From Candidatus Hydrogenedens sp. (GTDB lineage Bacteria; Hydrogenedentota; Hydrogenedentia; Hydrogenedentales; Hydrogenedentaceae): a stretch of 60,642 nt of DNA. The stretch covers positions 1-60,642 of the forward strand of contig JBMFRC010000019.1 in NCBI GenBank assembly GCA_049968235.1, read 5' to 3'. The first letter of the stretch is position 1, and each line of letters starts with the position of its first letter. This document shows positions 20,171 through 30,228 of this stretch, piece after piece. The translations under genes were made by a program, and so were the position numbers. The notes beneath the pieces are model-generated. The model was not told the origin of the DNA. It made no database searches and saw nothing but the letters and a program-made list of their open reading frames with translations.

Positions 20171-21460
20171 ATGGCGGTTTCGTTAAAGACAAAAATATCG
20201 TTCGGGTTGGGAGGTATCGCTCTTACCCTGCCAGACATGGTTTTTACGCAGTGGATTTTCATGCGATATGTGCCAAATGAAAAAGATGCTTTGTTATCTG
20301 CCTCGTTGTTTGGTATTATCTTCATGATTGCTCGTGTATGTGGAGCCATTGCAGAACCGCTGATTGGTCACTGGAGTGATTCCTGTAGAACAAGATGGGG
20401 ACGACGCATACCTTTCGTTCGATTTGGATTATTACCTCTTGTTATATTCTTTTTCTTGATGTGGCATCCTCCTGTTTTGACACCTATCTGGTTTCGGGCT
20501 ATTTATGCATACCTCGTAATACAGATATACCTTTTGTTTTATCCGGGGGTATTAACACCCTATTTATCTCTGCTTACAGAATTGGGAGAAGAAAGTATGG
20601 ACCGTGTTCGATTAATGACGGCACAGGGTGTTTTTGTTATGCTCGGAAGTGTAGTATTTGCATTGGTAGGTGTCGTTAAAGAAAACTACAGTTGGACAAT
20701 AATGTCTTTGCTGGTTGGATTTCTAACATTTTCCTCATTACTTCCCATTGCTATAACGGGAAAAGAACGTAATGTGCTGAAAGAAAATGAACAAAATGTC
20801 TCATTTATCCAATCCGCTATATGGGTTTTAAAAAGTAGGTCATTCCTGCATCTTGTTTTTGGAACCTCTTTTTATTTCCTTGCATTTACCTGTATTGTGA
20901 TGAGTCTCCCCTTCTGGGTTAAGGTGTATTTAGGAAAAGGCGAGGCTTTTGTAACTTACCTCATGCTACCTCTATTGCTGATTACCATGGTTTTGTTTGC
21001 TTTTGTAGGTCCGACGGTAGAACGTTTGGGGAAATACCGTGTTTTTTCGCTCACATTATTGCTGGCAAGTTTAGGGTTGTTTTTCCTATCGGCTGTGGGA
21101 CTCTATCCAATAGGTAGCCCCTTTACTCACTTACTAACTGTGGTGATGTGGATGGGTATCCCTGTGGCAGGATTGGCTGTATTACCTTTTGCAATTCTGA
21201 CCGATGTAATTGATGAGGATGAAAAGAAAACGGGGACAAGACGCGATGCGATATTCTTTGCTATTCAGGGAACAATTCAAAAAATATTTATAGGCATCTC
21301 CGGTGGAATTTTTTCCGTGCTGGCATATTGGGGTAGTGAAAGTAATGTAACAGAACAAGGATTGCGATTGGTTGCTATTGCAGGCGGATTAAGTGCTTTT
21401 GTGGGTTTTTTAATTTTTCTTGGTTATCCCCTAAAAAATATTGATGTAAAACGGAAATGA
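20171..21460 (+). CDS. MFS transporter, glycoside-pentoside-hexuronide (GPH) cation symporter-like
   Basis: 429 aa, about 12 TM segments. N-terminal FGLGG motif typical of the MelB/GPH family. Confidence 0.55.
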   Translation: MAVSLKTKISFGLGGIALTLPDMVFTQWIFMRYVPNEKDALLSASLFGIIFMIARVCGAIAEPLIGHWSDSCRTRWGRRIPFVRFGLLPLVIFFFLMWHPPVLTPIWFRAIYAYLVIQIYLLFYPGVLTPYLSLLTELGEESMDRVRLMTAQGVFVMLGSVVFALVGVVKENYSWTIMSLLVGFLTFSSLLPIAITGKERNVLKENEQNVSFIQSAIWVLKSRSFLHLVFGTSFYFLAFTCIVMSLPFWVKVYLGKGEAFVTYLMLPLLLITMVLFAFVGPTVERLGKYRVFSLTLLLASLGLFFLSAVGLYPIGSPFTHLLTVVMWMGIPVAGLAVLPFAILTDVIDEDEKKTGTRRDAIFFAIQGTIQKIFIGISGGIFSVLAYWGSESNVTEQGLRLVAIAGGLSAFVGFLIFLGYPLKNIDVKRK

Positions 21461-21681
21461 ATATTTGAAAGTATGAATGTTATTTTCTCTAAGTAGAGAG
21501 GCGATGAGAATTTTTCTCTTTGATTACAACACTTAAAGCATAAATTTTTTTACAGTTTTAAAACACTTTTTGACATTTGGTTTTTATTCAATGGTTTTTT
21601 GTAATAAGAAAGGATATTTATACATAATAGAAAGATTGTCTTTGTTGTAAACAAGTGAATATATTTTTGGAGGATAATTAT

Positions 21682-22953
21682 ATGGCACGAAAGAAAACGA
21701 CACGCAGAGAATTTTTGAAAGCGTCTGGAGCGGTAGGGTTAAGTTTTATGGTCCTGCCGAGACGCATATTAGGGGGCAAAGCACACGCCTCGCCAAATGA
21801 AGAATTGACCCGTGCAATTATCGGGGTTGGTGGTATGGGAATGGGACATATCGGATACCCTGGTGCTCGATTACTTGCGGTCTGTGATGTAGATGAAAAA
21901 CACCTAAAGCAGGCACTGGAAAAAGCAGGGCCGGATGTGAAGGGATATAAGGATTATCGAGAAGTACTTGCCCGTGAGGACATTGATATTGTCCATATTG
22001 TTACCCCTCCGCACTGGCATGCTATTATTGCCGTCGATTCTGCCCGTGCAGGTAAGGATATCTGGTGCGAGAAGCCTATGACCCGCACTATTGGAGAGGG
22101 GAAAAAAGTAGTAGAAGCAGTTCAACGGTATGGGCGTATTTTCCGTCTGAATACATGGTTTCGGATGAAAGACACTTTCTATGGGTTTGGCACTACTGCA
22201 TATGAAATAAAAAAAGTTGTTGATAGTGGTATATTAGGCTGGCCCCTGAAAGTTAATGTAGGCGAGTCCACAGGTTTTACTTGGAAATTTTTCTGGTCAG
22301 GAATGACGAATTTAGAACCGCAACCTGTTCCTCCCGAATTGGATTATGACTTCTGGTTGGGTCCTGCTCCATATAAACCGTATCATCCTCATCGTGTTCA
22401 TTCAACCTTCCGTGGATATTGGGATTATGATGGAGGTGGATTGGGGGATATGGGACAGCACTATTTAGACCCGGTCCAATATTTGTTAGGTAAAGATGAT
22501 ACAAGTCCTGTTGAAGTGGAGGTTTCTGCTCCCCCACAACATCCCGATGCGGTCAGTTCTTTCCGCTGGATTCGTCTCCGTTATGAAGATGGTTGCGAGA
22601 TTATTCTTGATGGGGAAGGAAAACCAGGCTTACCCTATCTGGAAGGACCTAAAGGGAAACTCTATCCGGGATTAAAATCTGATGTTCCTAATTTTGAGAA
22701 AAAATTAGCATCATTCCCCAATCCGGAACCCCTTCCTTGCGATTTTGCACATTCTGTTCGCACACGGGAAAAATTCCCTCTAAATGAAGTGAATGGACAT
22801 CGTTCCTGCACCATTGTCAATCTTGCAAAGATTGCCATGCAATTGGGTAGAAGTTTGCGATTTGACCCTGTCAAGCAGGAGTTTATTGGTGATGAAGAAG
22901 CAAACCGACTTATCAACCAACCCATGCGTGCACCCTGGACTTTACAAGTATAA
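21682..22953 (+). CDS. Tat-exported Gfo/Idh/MocA family oxidoreductase (ThuB/glycoside 3-dehydrogenase-like)
   Basis: SD ggagga precedes the ATG at 21682. Twin-arginine signal TRREFLKASGAVGL. Rossmann motif IIGVGGMGMGH. Similar in length and layout to the second copy at 40957. Confidence 0.8.
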   Translation: MARKKTTRREFLKASGAVGLSFMVLPRRILGGKAHASPNEELTRAIIGVGGMGMGHIGYPGARLLAVCDVDEKHLKQALEKAGPDVKGYKDYREVLAREDIDIVHIVTPPHWHAIIAVDSARAGKDIWCEKPMTRTIGEGKKVVEAVQRYGRIFRLNTWFRMKDTFYGFGTTAYEIKKVVDSGILGWPLKVNVGESTGFTWKFFWSGMTNLEPQPVPPELDYDFWLGPAPYKPYHPHRVHSTFRGYWDYDGGGLGDMGQHYLDPVQYLLGKDDTSPVEVEVSAPPQHPDAVSSFRWIRLRYEDGCEIILDGEGKPGLPYLEGPKGKLYPGLKSDVPNFEKKLASFPNPEPLPCDFAHSVRTREKFPLNEVNGHRSCTIVNLAKIAMQLGRSLRFDPVKQEFIGDEEANRLINQPMRAPWTLQV

Positions 22954-22965
22954 GGAGAATAAACA

Positions 22966-25752
22966 ATGAATACATCGAATAAATCAACACAAATATATAT
23001 AACATCTATCTTTGTAACTATTTTTTTATTAACTTCACTTACTACAAGAGCAGAAATAGCACAATGGTTAGAAAAAATAGGTTCTGCCTCTGTGACGGAG
23101 GGTTATGGTATATGTGAAGAACTTTGCAAACAAGGAGAACCCAAAATTGTAGAACTATGTCAGCATATCAAACCTCAGGGCGATGACCGTAATGCGCGCT
23201 TGTTTGTCCGTATGTTAGTAAATTATGCATCCACTCAGTCGACAGAGATACAAAATACGGTAGTAAGAGGTTTCGTAAAAGCACTACAGGCAAATCAGGA
23301 TACACAAATTAAGGCATTTTTAATCAGTGAACTTCAAATGTTAGGAAATCCTCTGTCTGTAGAAGCAATAGCAGAATATATCGGGAATAAAGACCTGTGT
23401 GATTATGCTATTCGTGCTTTGCAAACGATAAATAATGATGTATGCTTTCAGAAACTGTGCGAAAACCTTTCCCGTTCTGAGGGGAGATGTCAACAAGGTA
23501 TTATCACTGCTTTGGCAGAAATAGGCAATCCACAAGCAATTATGGTTTTAGAAAAGTTATTCAATTCTGCCCCACCCGAAACAAAAGAAATAATATTAAT
23601 TGCCATTGCACAACTGGAAAATGACAGTGAGAAATATTACAAACTTATAGAGACACAGTTAAGTGCGGATAAACCACTCACTAGAAAACAGTCTTATACT
23701 CTGCTTTTTACACAAATCGAAAGGGTAGCAAAACAAAAGGGTATAACACCACAGCAGAAAAATATTCTTGAAACTCTATTGCAACAGGCATATAAAGAAA
23801 ATGATAATGGTGCTATATGTGCAATCCTCCATTTATTTACCTATCTACCTCCAAAAGATATTATCGATTTGTTTGCCCGAGAAGTTTATAACCCTCAACC
23901 GGAAATATCCGCAGTTGCTTTACAATATTTCGCTAAGATGAATACGAAAGAAAGTAAAAATGTACTAAAAGAAGCCCTTGTCAAAAGTGCATCTGGTGGA
24001 AACGCTTATCAAGTCCTGGATGCGGTAGAAAAAGTACCTGATTCCTTATTTATCCCTGCAATTGTTCCTTTATTAACTCATTCAGATGAAAAAGTTCGAA
24101 TGAAGGCAATACAGTGCCTGATAAAAATGGATGCGGATAAAGCGATACCGATTTTAGTAAAACGATTAAAAGAGACCACAGATAAAACCAATTTAAATGC
24201 TATTCAACAGGCACTTCTTCAAACACCCCCCAAAGAAACTGTTACGGAATTGGGTTCATCTTTGAAAAAGTTAAAAGGGGAACGATTGGTTGTTGCTCTG
24301 GATATTCTGGCTCAACGACAGGCGGAAAAATATTTTAAGTTCGCACTTCAACAGACAAAGGATAAAGATGCAAAAGTTCAAAAAACCGCTTTGAATGCGA
24401 TAGCACTCATGGGTACTCCAAAGGATGTTCCTTCTCTTATTAAACAATTAACCGACCCGAAGAACCCCAATCAAGATGCGATTGGTGAAGCCATCGTTCA
24501 TATATTAAAACATAAAGAGGATGAGGACCGTTGCAAACCTATCTTTTCAGCAATGGATAAGGCAAAACCGGAACAATATGCATTGTTGCTTTCAATTCTT
24601 GCAAAAGTGGATGATGCGTCCGCACGGGATTTTGTCCTTTCATGGCTCAATCTACCTTCGGATGTCCCTCAAAACAAGGTAAAGATAGAAAACGCCATTT
24701 CTGCTCTGACTCTCTGGGATAACCCAAAACTTGCAGAAAACATGATTGCCTTTCTCAGAAAGAACCCTAATCATCCTTATCGCAATGATGTGTGGAAAAC
24801 ACTTATTCGCTTTTTATCCTTGCCCGGTTTAACCCCGGATGAAAAAGTATGGGTATGTGAACAGGCTATTGGAATTATGCCTGAAAATGCAGGGGATATG
24901 TTTACTATTTTAGGAGGGATAAGCAACAGTGATTCTTTCCTGACGGTTGCAAAATATACCACCAATCCCCAGTTCGCAGATATTGCAAATAAGACACTGG
25001 TGCGAATTGCTATGCCCGATAAAAATAATGAAAATGGTATTACAGGTCGAGACATTGTTCCCTATCTGGAAAATGCATTGAAGTATATTGATGATGCAAC
25101 ATTGAAAGAAAATATTCAGAAACACATTGAAAAATGTAAAAATGCCCCCTATACTCTACCTGTAGTTTATGAAGATGACAATCAGTTTACATTACTATTC
25201 AATGGTAGCAATTTGAAAGGTTGGAGTGGCTATACTCGGGGATTTGTCCCCGAATTTGGGAAACTGGTCTGCTTACCTACCTGCCACCTGAATTTGTTTA
25301 CAGAGAAACCCTATAAAGATTTTATTTTACGATTTGAATTCAAATTATATCCCGGTGCTAATAACGGCATTGGACTACGCGTTCCTTACATGAAACATTC
25401 AGCCTATAATGGCATGGAAATACAAATCCTTGATGATAATGCTCCAGAGAATAGTGGATTGAAACCATATCAATATCACGGTTCTATATATGGAGTATTG
25501 CCCCCTGCAGTTCCTGCTCCATTGAAAAAATGTGGAGAGTGGAATCAACAGGAGATTATCTTACAGGGGTCGAAAATATCCGTTCGTGTTAATGGAGTAG
25601 AGATTCTAACAGCAGATTTGAAAGAATTGGCAAATAAGCCTACCCCGGATGAAAAGGCACATCCCGGTTTGCTTAATGAGGAAGGACATATTGCTCTGCT
25701 TGGACACGGCTCTCGCGTTGAATTTAGGAATATAAGAATAAAGCAACTATAA
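22966..25752 (+). CDS. Sec-exported HEAT-repeat protein with C-terminal DUF1080 (3-keto-disaccharide hydrolase/lyase-like) domain
   Basis: 928 aa. Signal peptide (IFVTIFLLTSLTTRA). Roughly 700 aa of helical repeats with recurring PBS-lyase/HEAT-like units (ALxxIG.P.AI..L). The C-terminal 200 aa (FNGSNLKGWSGY...NNGIGLRVP...MEIQILDD...HGSIYG...GEWNQQEII...FRNIRI) match the DUF1080 jelly-roll. No CxxCH heme motif. Confidence 0.75.
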   Translation: MNTSNKSTQIYITSIFVTIFLLTSLTTRAEIAQWLEKIGSASVTEGYGICEELCKQGEPKIVELCQHIKPQGDDRNARLFVRMLVNYASTQSTEIQNTVVRGFVKALQANQDTQIKAFLISELQMLGNPLSVEAIAEYIGNKDLCDYAIRALQTINNDVCFQKLCENLSRSEGRCQQGIITALAEIGNPQAIMVLEKLFNSAPPETKEIILIAIAQLENDSEKYYKLIETQLSADKPLTRKQSYTLLFTQIERVAKQKGITPQQKNILETLLQQAYKENDNGAICAILHLFTYLPPKDIIDLFAREVYNPQPEISAVALQYFAKMNTKESKNVLKEALVKSASGGNAYQVLDAVEKVPDSLFIPAIVPLLTHSDEKVRMKAIQCLIKMDADKAIPILVKRLKETTDKTNLNAIQQALLQTPPKETVTELGSSLKKLKGERLVVALDILAQRQAEKYFKFALQQTKDKDAKVQKTALNAIALMGTPKDVPSLIKQLTDPKNPNQDAIGEAIVHILKHKEDEDRCKPIFSAMDKAKPEQYALLLSILAKVDDASARDFVLSWLNLPSDVPQNKVKIENAISALTLWDNPKLAENMIAFLRKNPNHPYRNDVWKTLIRFLSLPGLTPDEKVWVCEQAIGIMPENAGDMFTILGGISNSDSFLTVAKYTTNPQFADIANKTLVRIAMPDKNNENGITGRDIVPYLENALKYIDDATLKENIQKHIEKCKNAPYTLPVVYEDDNQFTLLFNGSNLKGWSGYTRGFVPEFGKLVCLPTCHLNLFTEKPYKDFILRFEFKLYPGANNGIGLRVPYMKHSAYNGMEIQILDDNAPENSGLKPYQYHGSIYGVLPPAVPAPLKKCGEWNQQEIILQGSKISVRVNGVEILTADLKELANKPTPDEKAHPGLLNEEGHIALLGHGSRVEFRNIRIKQL

Positions 25753-25802
25753 CGAAGAGATACAACAAGAATCAATAACAACATAAAAAAAGGAAATAAT
25801 AT

Positions 25803-27650
25803 TTGTTTTCTCTGCCTTTGCTCATCGTATTCTCATCGTTTGTAATAGCAGAACCTATGCCTATTTATTATTATGATTTCTCATGGTCAACAGAAATCGA
25901 TATAAACATAGGGAACAATGCTCGTAATGCGTGGGACACAGGACATTTATTGGCATCATTACAGGGAATTGTAAATCGAGCAGAACCTCGTTTATTTATT
26001 CGATTTATGAAGGGAACCGATGATTTTTGGTGGAATGAGTTTTTGAAACCAGGTGGATGGTTGGAAAAAAAAGAAATAAAGCAAGTAGATAATTGGTTAG
26101 ATTTGCTAAATGTCTTCCATTCCTTTATTCAAGGAATTGTTATATATTCGGAAAAAGTTCAGCCATCATCCAATCTTGCCAGTACCATTGCAGGGCTGGA
26201 AAATCGTATCTGCTTGAGATATGACCCGGAAGATGAAAGTGTTTTCAAAAAAGTTCTTGCAACAAATCTTCCTTTTACAAAAAATCTACGATGGCTTATT
26301 GATAACAAAACATTTGATATTCTCCCTGATGTGCAGATAAACAATTATCCCGATATATCCACAACGAGCCTAAAAGCCCGGTTTTATCTCTGGGCAAAGG
26401 AACAATTCTTAGATACAGGTTTATGTAGTCCCGAATTCCTGGCTTATTATATTGACGGCTATTGGTTCCAAAAACCATCCTCAGCCTCGTTTCCCAACGC
26501 TACAATTATGAATCATGACTTTTTCATATCACGAAGGGCGTTTTTCTTCGATTTAGGTATCTGGGGTGATGAATCTGCCAATGATGAACCCCAACAACCC
26601 GCAGGAACAGACCGTAAAATACTTCGTGAAATTTTATTGAGTATGTATAGAAATGCAAGAGGCATGATTTACCAGATAGGCGGTTTTACTCCGTGGATAT
26701 GGAAATACACGCAGGAAACAGGAATGGGAGGAAAACATCAAGGAGTGCCAACCGAATGGGAATTTGTAAAGATGGCTTCTTCTTACAATGGTGTATTGGA
26801 TGCAGATGCCTTAGGGCTTGCTGGTATAGCAAATGCTTCGTTTTATCAACATTACCCAATAAAGTCCTTCTACCCACAAAATCCGAAACCAACCCTCGAG
26901 GACTTGAAACGACAGGGATATATTACACATAGTGGAAAAGTTGTCCCGAAAGTATATCTGTGTTTTTACATGGGAGATTTTGATTCCTCTGCATGGTTAA
27001 ATCAAACTGTGCCGAAATGGTGGTCTGACCCGGCACATGGTGATATTACTTGTACATTCCCCTTTAATCCCAACCTGTCTCGTCGTGTCCCTCATGTATT
27101 TGATTATGTTCGAACCCATGCAAGTCCAAAAGATTGGTTTATCTATGGCGACTGTGGTGCAGGGTATCTGAACCCCGGTATGTTAATTGCCTCCTATAGA
27201 GAATCGGGTATTCCTACTGGTTGGAATGCATGGGTTGAACATAATTTGTTTTATAGCAAACGATTTGACCTATCCATTACAGGATTTATCATTGATGGCT
27301 ATGCCCCTGGTCTGGATAAAGATGGATTTGAAGCATACTCCCAATTTTCGCCAGATGGTATTACAGCCCAAAAAATACCTTTTTTAGGCTGTTATGAAAA
27401 AAAATTACCCTATGTTCGCATGGGTATAGATTTAATGGAAGCTCCAGAAAAATCGTCGGATATCATAGCGGAATATGCCAAAAAGCAGTTACCTTCTTTC
27501 AAATTCATCCGAACTATTTTGAAATCTCCAACATGGCATAAAACTGTAATTGACTTAACTCAGCAGAAAACCGACGCAGTGGCATTCATAGACCCATATA
27601 CTTTTTTTGAATTGGTAAAGATTCACACACAATGTAACAATTCCTTGTGA
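25803..27650 (+). CDS. Secreted hypothetical protein, possible GxGYxYP-family glycoside hydrolase-like
   Basis: 615 aa, TTG start with a short signal-like N-terminus. Contains GDCGAGYLNPG, which resembles the GxGYxYP motif (G-x-G-Y-x-N-P here). Low-confidence family call. Confidence 0.35.
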   Translation: MFSLPLLIVFSSFVIAEPMPIYYYDFSWSTEIDINIGNNARNAWDTGHLLASLQGIVNRAEPRLFIRFMKGTDDFWWNEFLKPGGWLEKKEIKQVDNWLDLLNVFHSFIQGIVIYSEKVQPSSNLASTIAGLENRICLRYDPEDESVFKKVLATNLPFTKNLRWLIDNKTFDILPDVQINNYPDISTTSLKARFYLWAKEQFLDTGLCSPEFLAYYIDGYWFQKPSSASFPNATIMNHDFFISRRAFFFDLGIWGDESANDEPQQPAGTDRKILREILLSMYRNARGMIYQIGGFTPWIWKYTQETGMGGKHQGVPTEWEFVKMASSYNGVLDADALGLAGIANASFYQHYPIKSFYPQNPKPTLEDLKRQGYITHSGKVVPKVYLCFYMGDFDSSAWLNQTVPKWWSDPAHGDITCTFPFNPNLSRRVPHVFDYVRTHASPKDWFIYGDCGAGYLNPGMLIASYRESGIPTGWNAWVEHNLFYSKRFDLSITGFIIDGYAPGLDKDGFEAYSQFSPDGITAQKIPFLGCYEKKLPYVRMGIDLMEAPEKSSDIIAEYAKKQLPSFKFIRTILKSPTWHKTVIDLTQQKTDAVAFIDPYTFFELVKIHTQCNNSL

Positions 27651-27784
27651 ATATATTCCAGAATTAATTGAATACATAGAATCATTTTAAAAGAAGAATA
27701 ATAAGTATGGCGGAAAGATTTTTATAGAAACTCCTGTTACATGTATAATAGAAATAGAGTAAACTTGTCGAAAAAAGGTCTCAC

Positions 27785-29818
27785 ATGGCACAGGTAAGAT
27801 GTTCAAAATGTAATCATATAAATCCGGATGGAGTGAATCAGTGCGAGAATTGTAATGCCCCGTTGCCAGCAATAAAAATCAGTCCCATAACCGCGGAAAC
27901 CCGGAAAGTAGACCGAATACCGTATGAGCAAAAGACCCCGAATTTTCAACAGGGGACATTACACCGAGGGGAAATTTTTGGAAGTCGATACACTGTTGTA
28001 AAACTTATCGGAAGGGGTGGAATGGGTAGTATTTATAGGGTATTTGATAATACCTTAAAAGAAGAAGTTGCCTTAAAGTTATTATTGCCCCAGTTTGCTA
28101 AAGACCCCATGATTGTTGACCGTTTCCTGAATGAAGCCCGTATAGCACGGAAACTATCTCATCCTAATATTGTTCGTGTCCATGATATTGGAATTGCAGG
28201 AAATATCTTATACATATCAATGGAATATATAGAGGGTAAATCTCTACGGGGTATTCTGGAAAGTATGCTTCCGGGACAACGTCTTCCTCTAAAACAGGTA
28301 TTGACCTACTTCGACCAGCTATGCTCCGCTCTGGAATATGCACACCAATTTACGGTCCATCGCGACATAAAACCTGAAAATGTGATGGTAACTCCTCAAA
28401 ATACTGTAAAACTCATGGATTTCGGCATCTCAAAATTGATGGCGGACACAAGGTTAACAGGTGTTTCTGTTGTGATGGGGACACCTTTTTATATGTCGCC
28501 GGAACAGGTTCGAAATAGCAGGGATGTGGATGCTCGTTCTGATATTTACAGTTGTGGAATTATGTTATACGAAATACTGACAGGTCAGGTCCCTACGGGT
28601 GTTCCCAAACCTGCCTCGGAACTCATCAAAGAACTACCTCCTGAATTGGATAAAATTGTGGAGAGATGTATTCAACCCGAACCTAAAGACCGATTCCAGA
28701 GTGCAGGGGAGTTGAGAAAGGCAATAGAACCACTAAAAAATCTCGTTCTTACGGGTGATGAAATTTCTGTTTCTCATCCCACGAAAAGAATAAATAAATG
28801 GAAGACTTTCTTAACACCACGAGTCATAGGCTGGTCTTTGATTACTCTCGTGCTGTTGCTCTGTTCCGCAGGATTATTCTTTGCTGAACAATATAGAGAA
28901 CAATTGCTTGCTCAAGAAGCGGTTTCAGAAGGGAATTTAGTTGCTCTTAATAATAACCAGATATCCACCGTAGATACCTATATAAAATTATTACTTCGCC
29001 TTGCTGAAAAGGCAAAAGAAAAAGCATCTACCGATGATAATGCACGACAGTATTTAAGTTGGGCTGAGCCTATTCTGAATCAAATACAAACAAAATTTAA
29101 TGCGGGCGAAATAGTACCATTAGATTTGTTATTTTCATGTGCCCGTTACCTTTCTGCCATATTTTGTGAACATGAAGGAATGGTTCTTATTCCTGAGGGA
29201 ACTGCTACATGGAACAATCAGCAATATACCGTCCCTGCATTTTTCATTGATATAAATGAGGTTACTCAGGAGCAATATAAGAAATTCTACACCTCCGGTT
29301 CTATCCATTGGGAAATGCCCCCATTCTCCGGTTTAGAAACAATTCAGGATAAGCAAGATTTATTACCTGTTACAATGGTCAATTATTTTGATGCTCTTGC
29401 TTATGCCAGTTACTATAAAAAAAGTCTACCCACAGTTTGGCAATGGTTAAGAGCCGGACAGGGCGAGAGGCAAATAGTATATCCATGGGGCGATGTCTGG
29501 AAAGAAAATGCTTCAAATATAGGCGGTATTAATAATACTCCTGTACCTACAAAATCATATCCTGATGACCGAAGTCCTATGGGCTGTTTTGACATGTTAG
29601 GAAATGTTTCCGAATGGACATGTACCCCTGCTAATTCAGATTGCTCACAAGATAATTTTTGTCCCCGTGTTATTATGGGAGGCGATTATGCTTCCCCTCA
29701 AACATCTCTTGCTCAAAGTCGAAGTGCAGAACCCGAGATACGTTCTCCCCTTATCGGTTTCCGATGTGTAAAAGAAATCCCTATCGCACCTTCTCAACTT
29801 ATAGAATATTTGAAATAA
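27785..29818 (+). CDS. Ser/Thr protein kinase with N-terminal zinc ribbon, TM segment and C-terminal FGE-sulfatase (SUMF1) domain
   Basis: Zn ribbon CSKCNHI...CENCNAP. Kinase motifs VALK, HRDIKPENVMV, DFGIS and SPE. TM segment WSLITLVLLLCSAGLFF. C-terminal FGE-sulfatase-like region (VNYFDALAYASYY...WQW...GNVSEWT...RCV). Confidence 0.8.
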   Translation: MAQVRCSKCNHINPDGVNQCENCNAPLPAIKISPITAETRKVDRIPYEQKTPNFQQGTLHRGEIFGSRYTVVKLIGRGGMGSIYRVFDNTLKEEVALKLLLPQFAKDPMIVDRFLNEARIARKLSHPNIVRVHDIGIAGNILYISMEYIEGKSLRGILESMLPGQRLPLKQVLTYFDQLCSALEYAHQFTVHRDIKPENVMVTPQNTVKLMDFGISKLMADTRLTGVSVVMGTPFYMSPEQVRNSRDVDARSDIYSCGIMLYEILTGQVPTGVPKPASELIKELPPELDKIVERCIQPEPKDRFQSAGELRKAIEPLKNLVLTGDEISVSHPTKRINKWKTFLTPRVIGWSLITLVLLLCSAGLFFAEQYREQLLAQEAVSEGNLVALNNNQISTVDTYIKLLLRLAEKAKEKASTDDNARQYLSWAEPILNQIQTKFNAGEIVPLDLLFSCARYLSAIFCEHEGMVLIPEGTATWNNQQYTVPAFFIDINEVTQEQYKKFYTSGSIHWEMPPFSGLETIQDKQDLLPVTMVNYFDALAYASYYKKSLPTVWQWLRAGQGERQIVYPWGDVWKENASNIGGINNTPVPTKSYPDDRSPMGCFDMLGNVSEWTCTPANSDCSQDNFCPRVIMGGDYASPQTSLAQSRSAEPEIRSPLIGFRCVKEIPIAPSQLIEYLK

Positions 29819-30171
29819 AAGCATACAGGTACGAGACCTCTGAATAAAACAAATACGATAGATAGTACATGAAAGATTATATAAAGAAAGGGGAAATGTG
29901 CTGTATGATAAAAGTGGTAAAGCAGGTGAGTTTTTTAGATTATGCAGTATCAAAACAAAACTGACATGATGAGAGAGATGATTGAGAGTGAGGCAAGAGA
30001 TAACCTGTGGAAGAAATTAGAATGCAGATGGTAGAGGGAAGTATATAATTCAAACTGGGAAGAGCGGATGCTTCCATTTTTACTATTTTGTGTGTTATTG
30101 AGCAGTGTGTGATGATTTCTCTAAGTTCTCTTTGCAAGTAATTTGAATGGTGGCGGTAGAACGACTTTTTC

Positions 30172-30228
30172 TCTGTGTTCTCTGTGGTGGAGTATTTTTT
30201 TTCTCACCACAGAGAACACGAAGAGAGG
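30172..30228. other. Strong stem-loop (15-bp perfect stem, about 15-nt loop) in long convergent intergenic region
   Basis: gtgttctctgtggtg (30177-30191) pairs with caccacagagaacac (30207-30221). Flanking ctct/agag extends the stem across a bulge. No canonical U-tract on either strand. Confidence 0.6.

Noticed and set aside
20395-20679. 94-aa plus-strand ORF inside the MFS transporter gene, and other 60-100 aa ORFs listed in the six-frame track within annotated CDSs
   Set aside because: They overlap well-supported longer CDSs in other frames. They are Cys/Arg-rich or low-complexity and have no independent signals.
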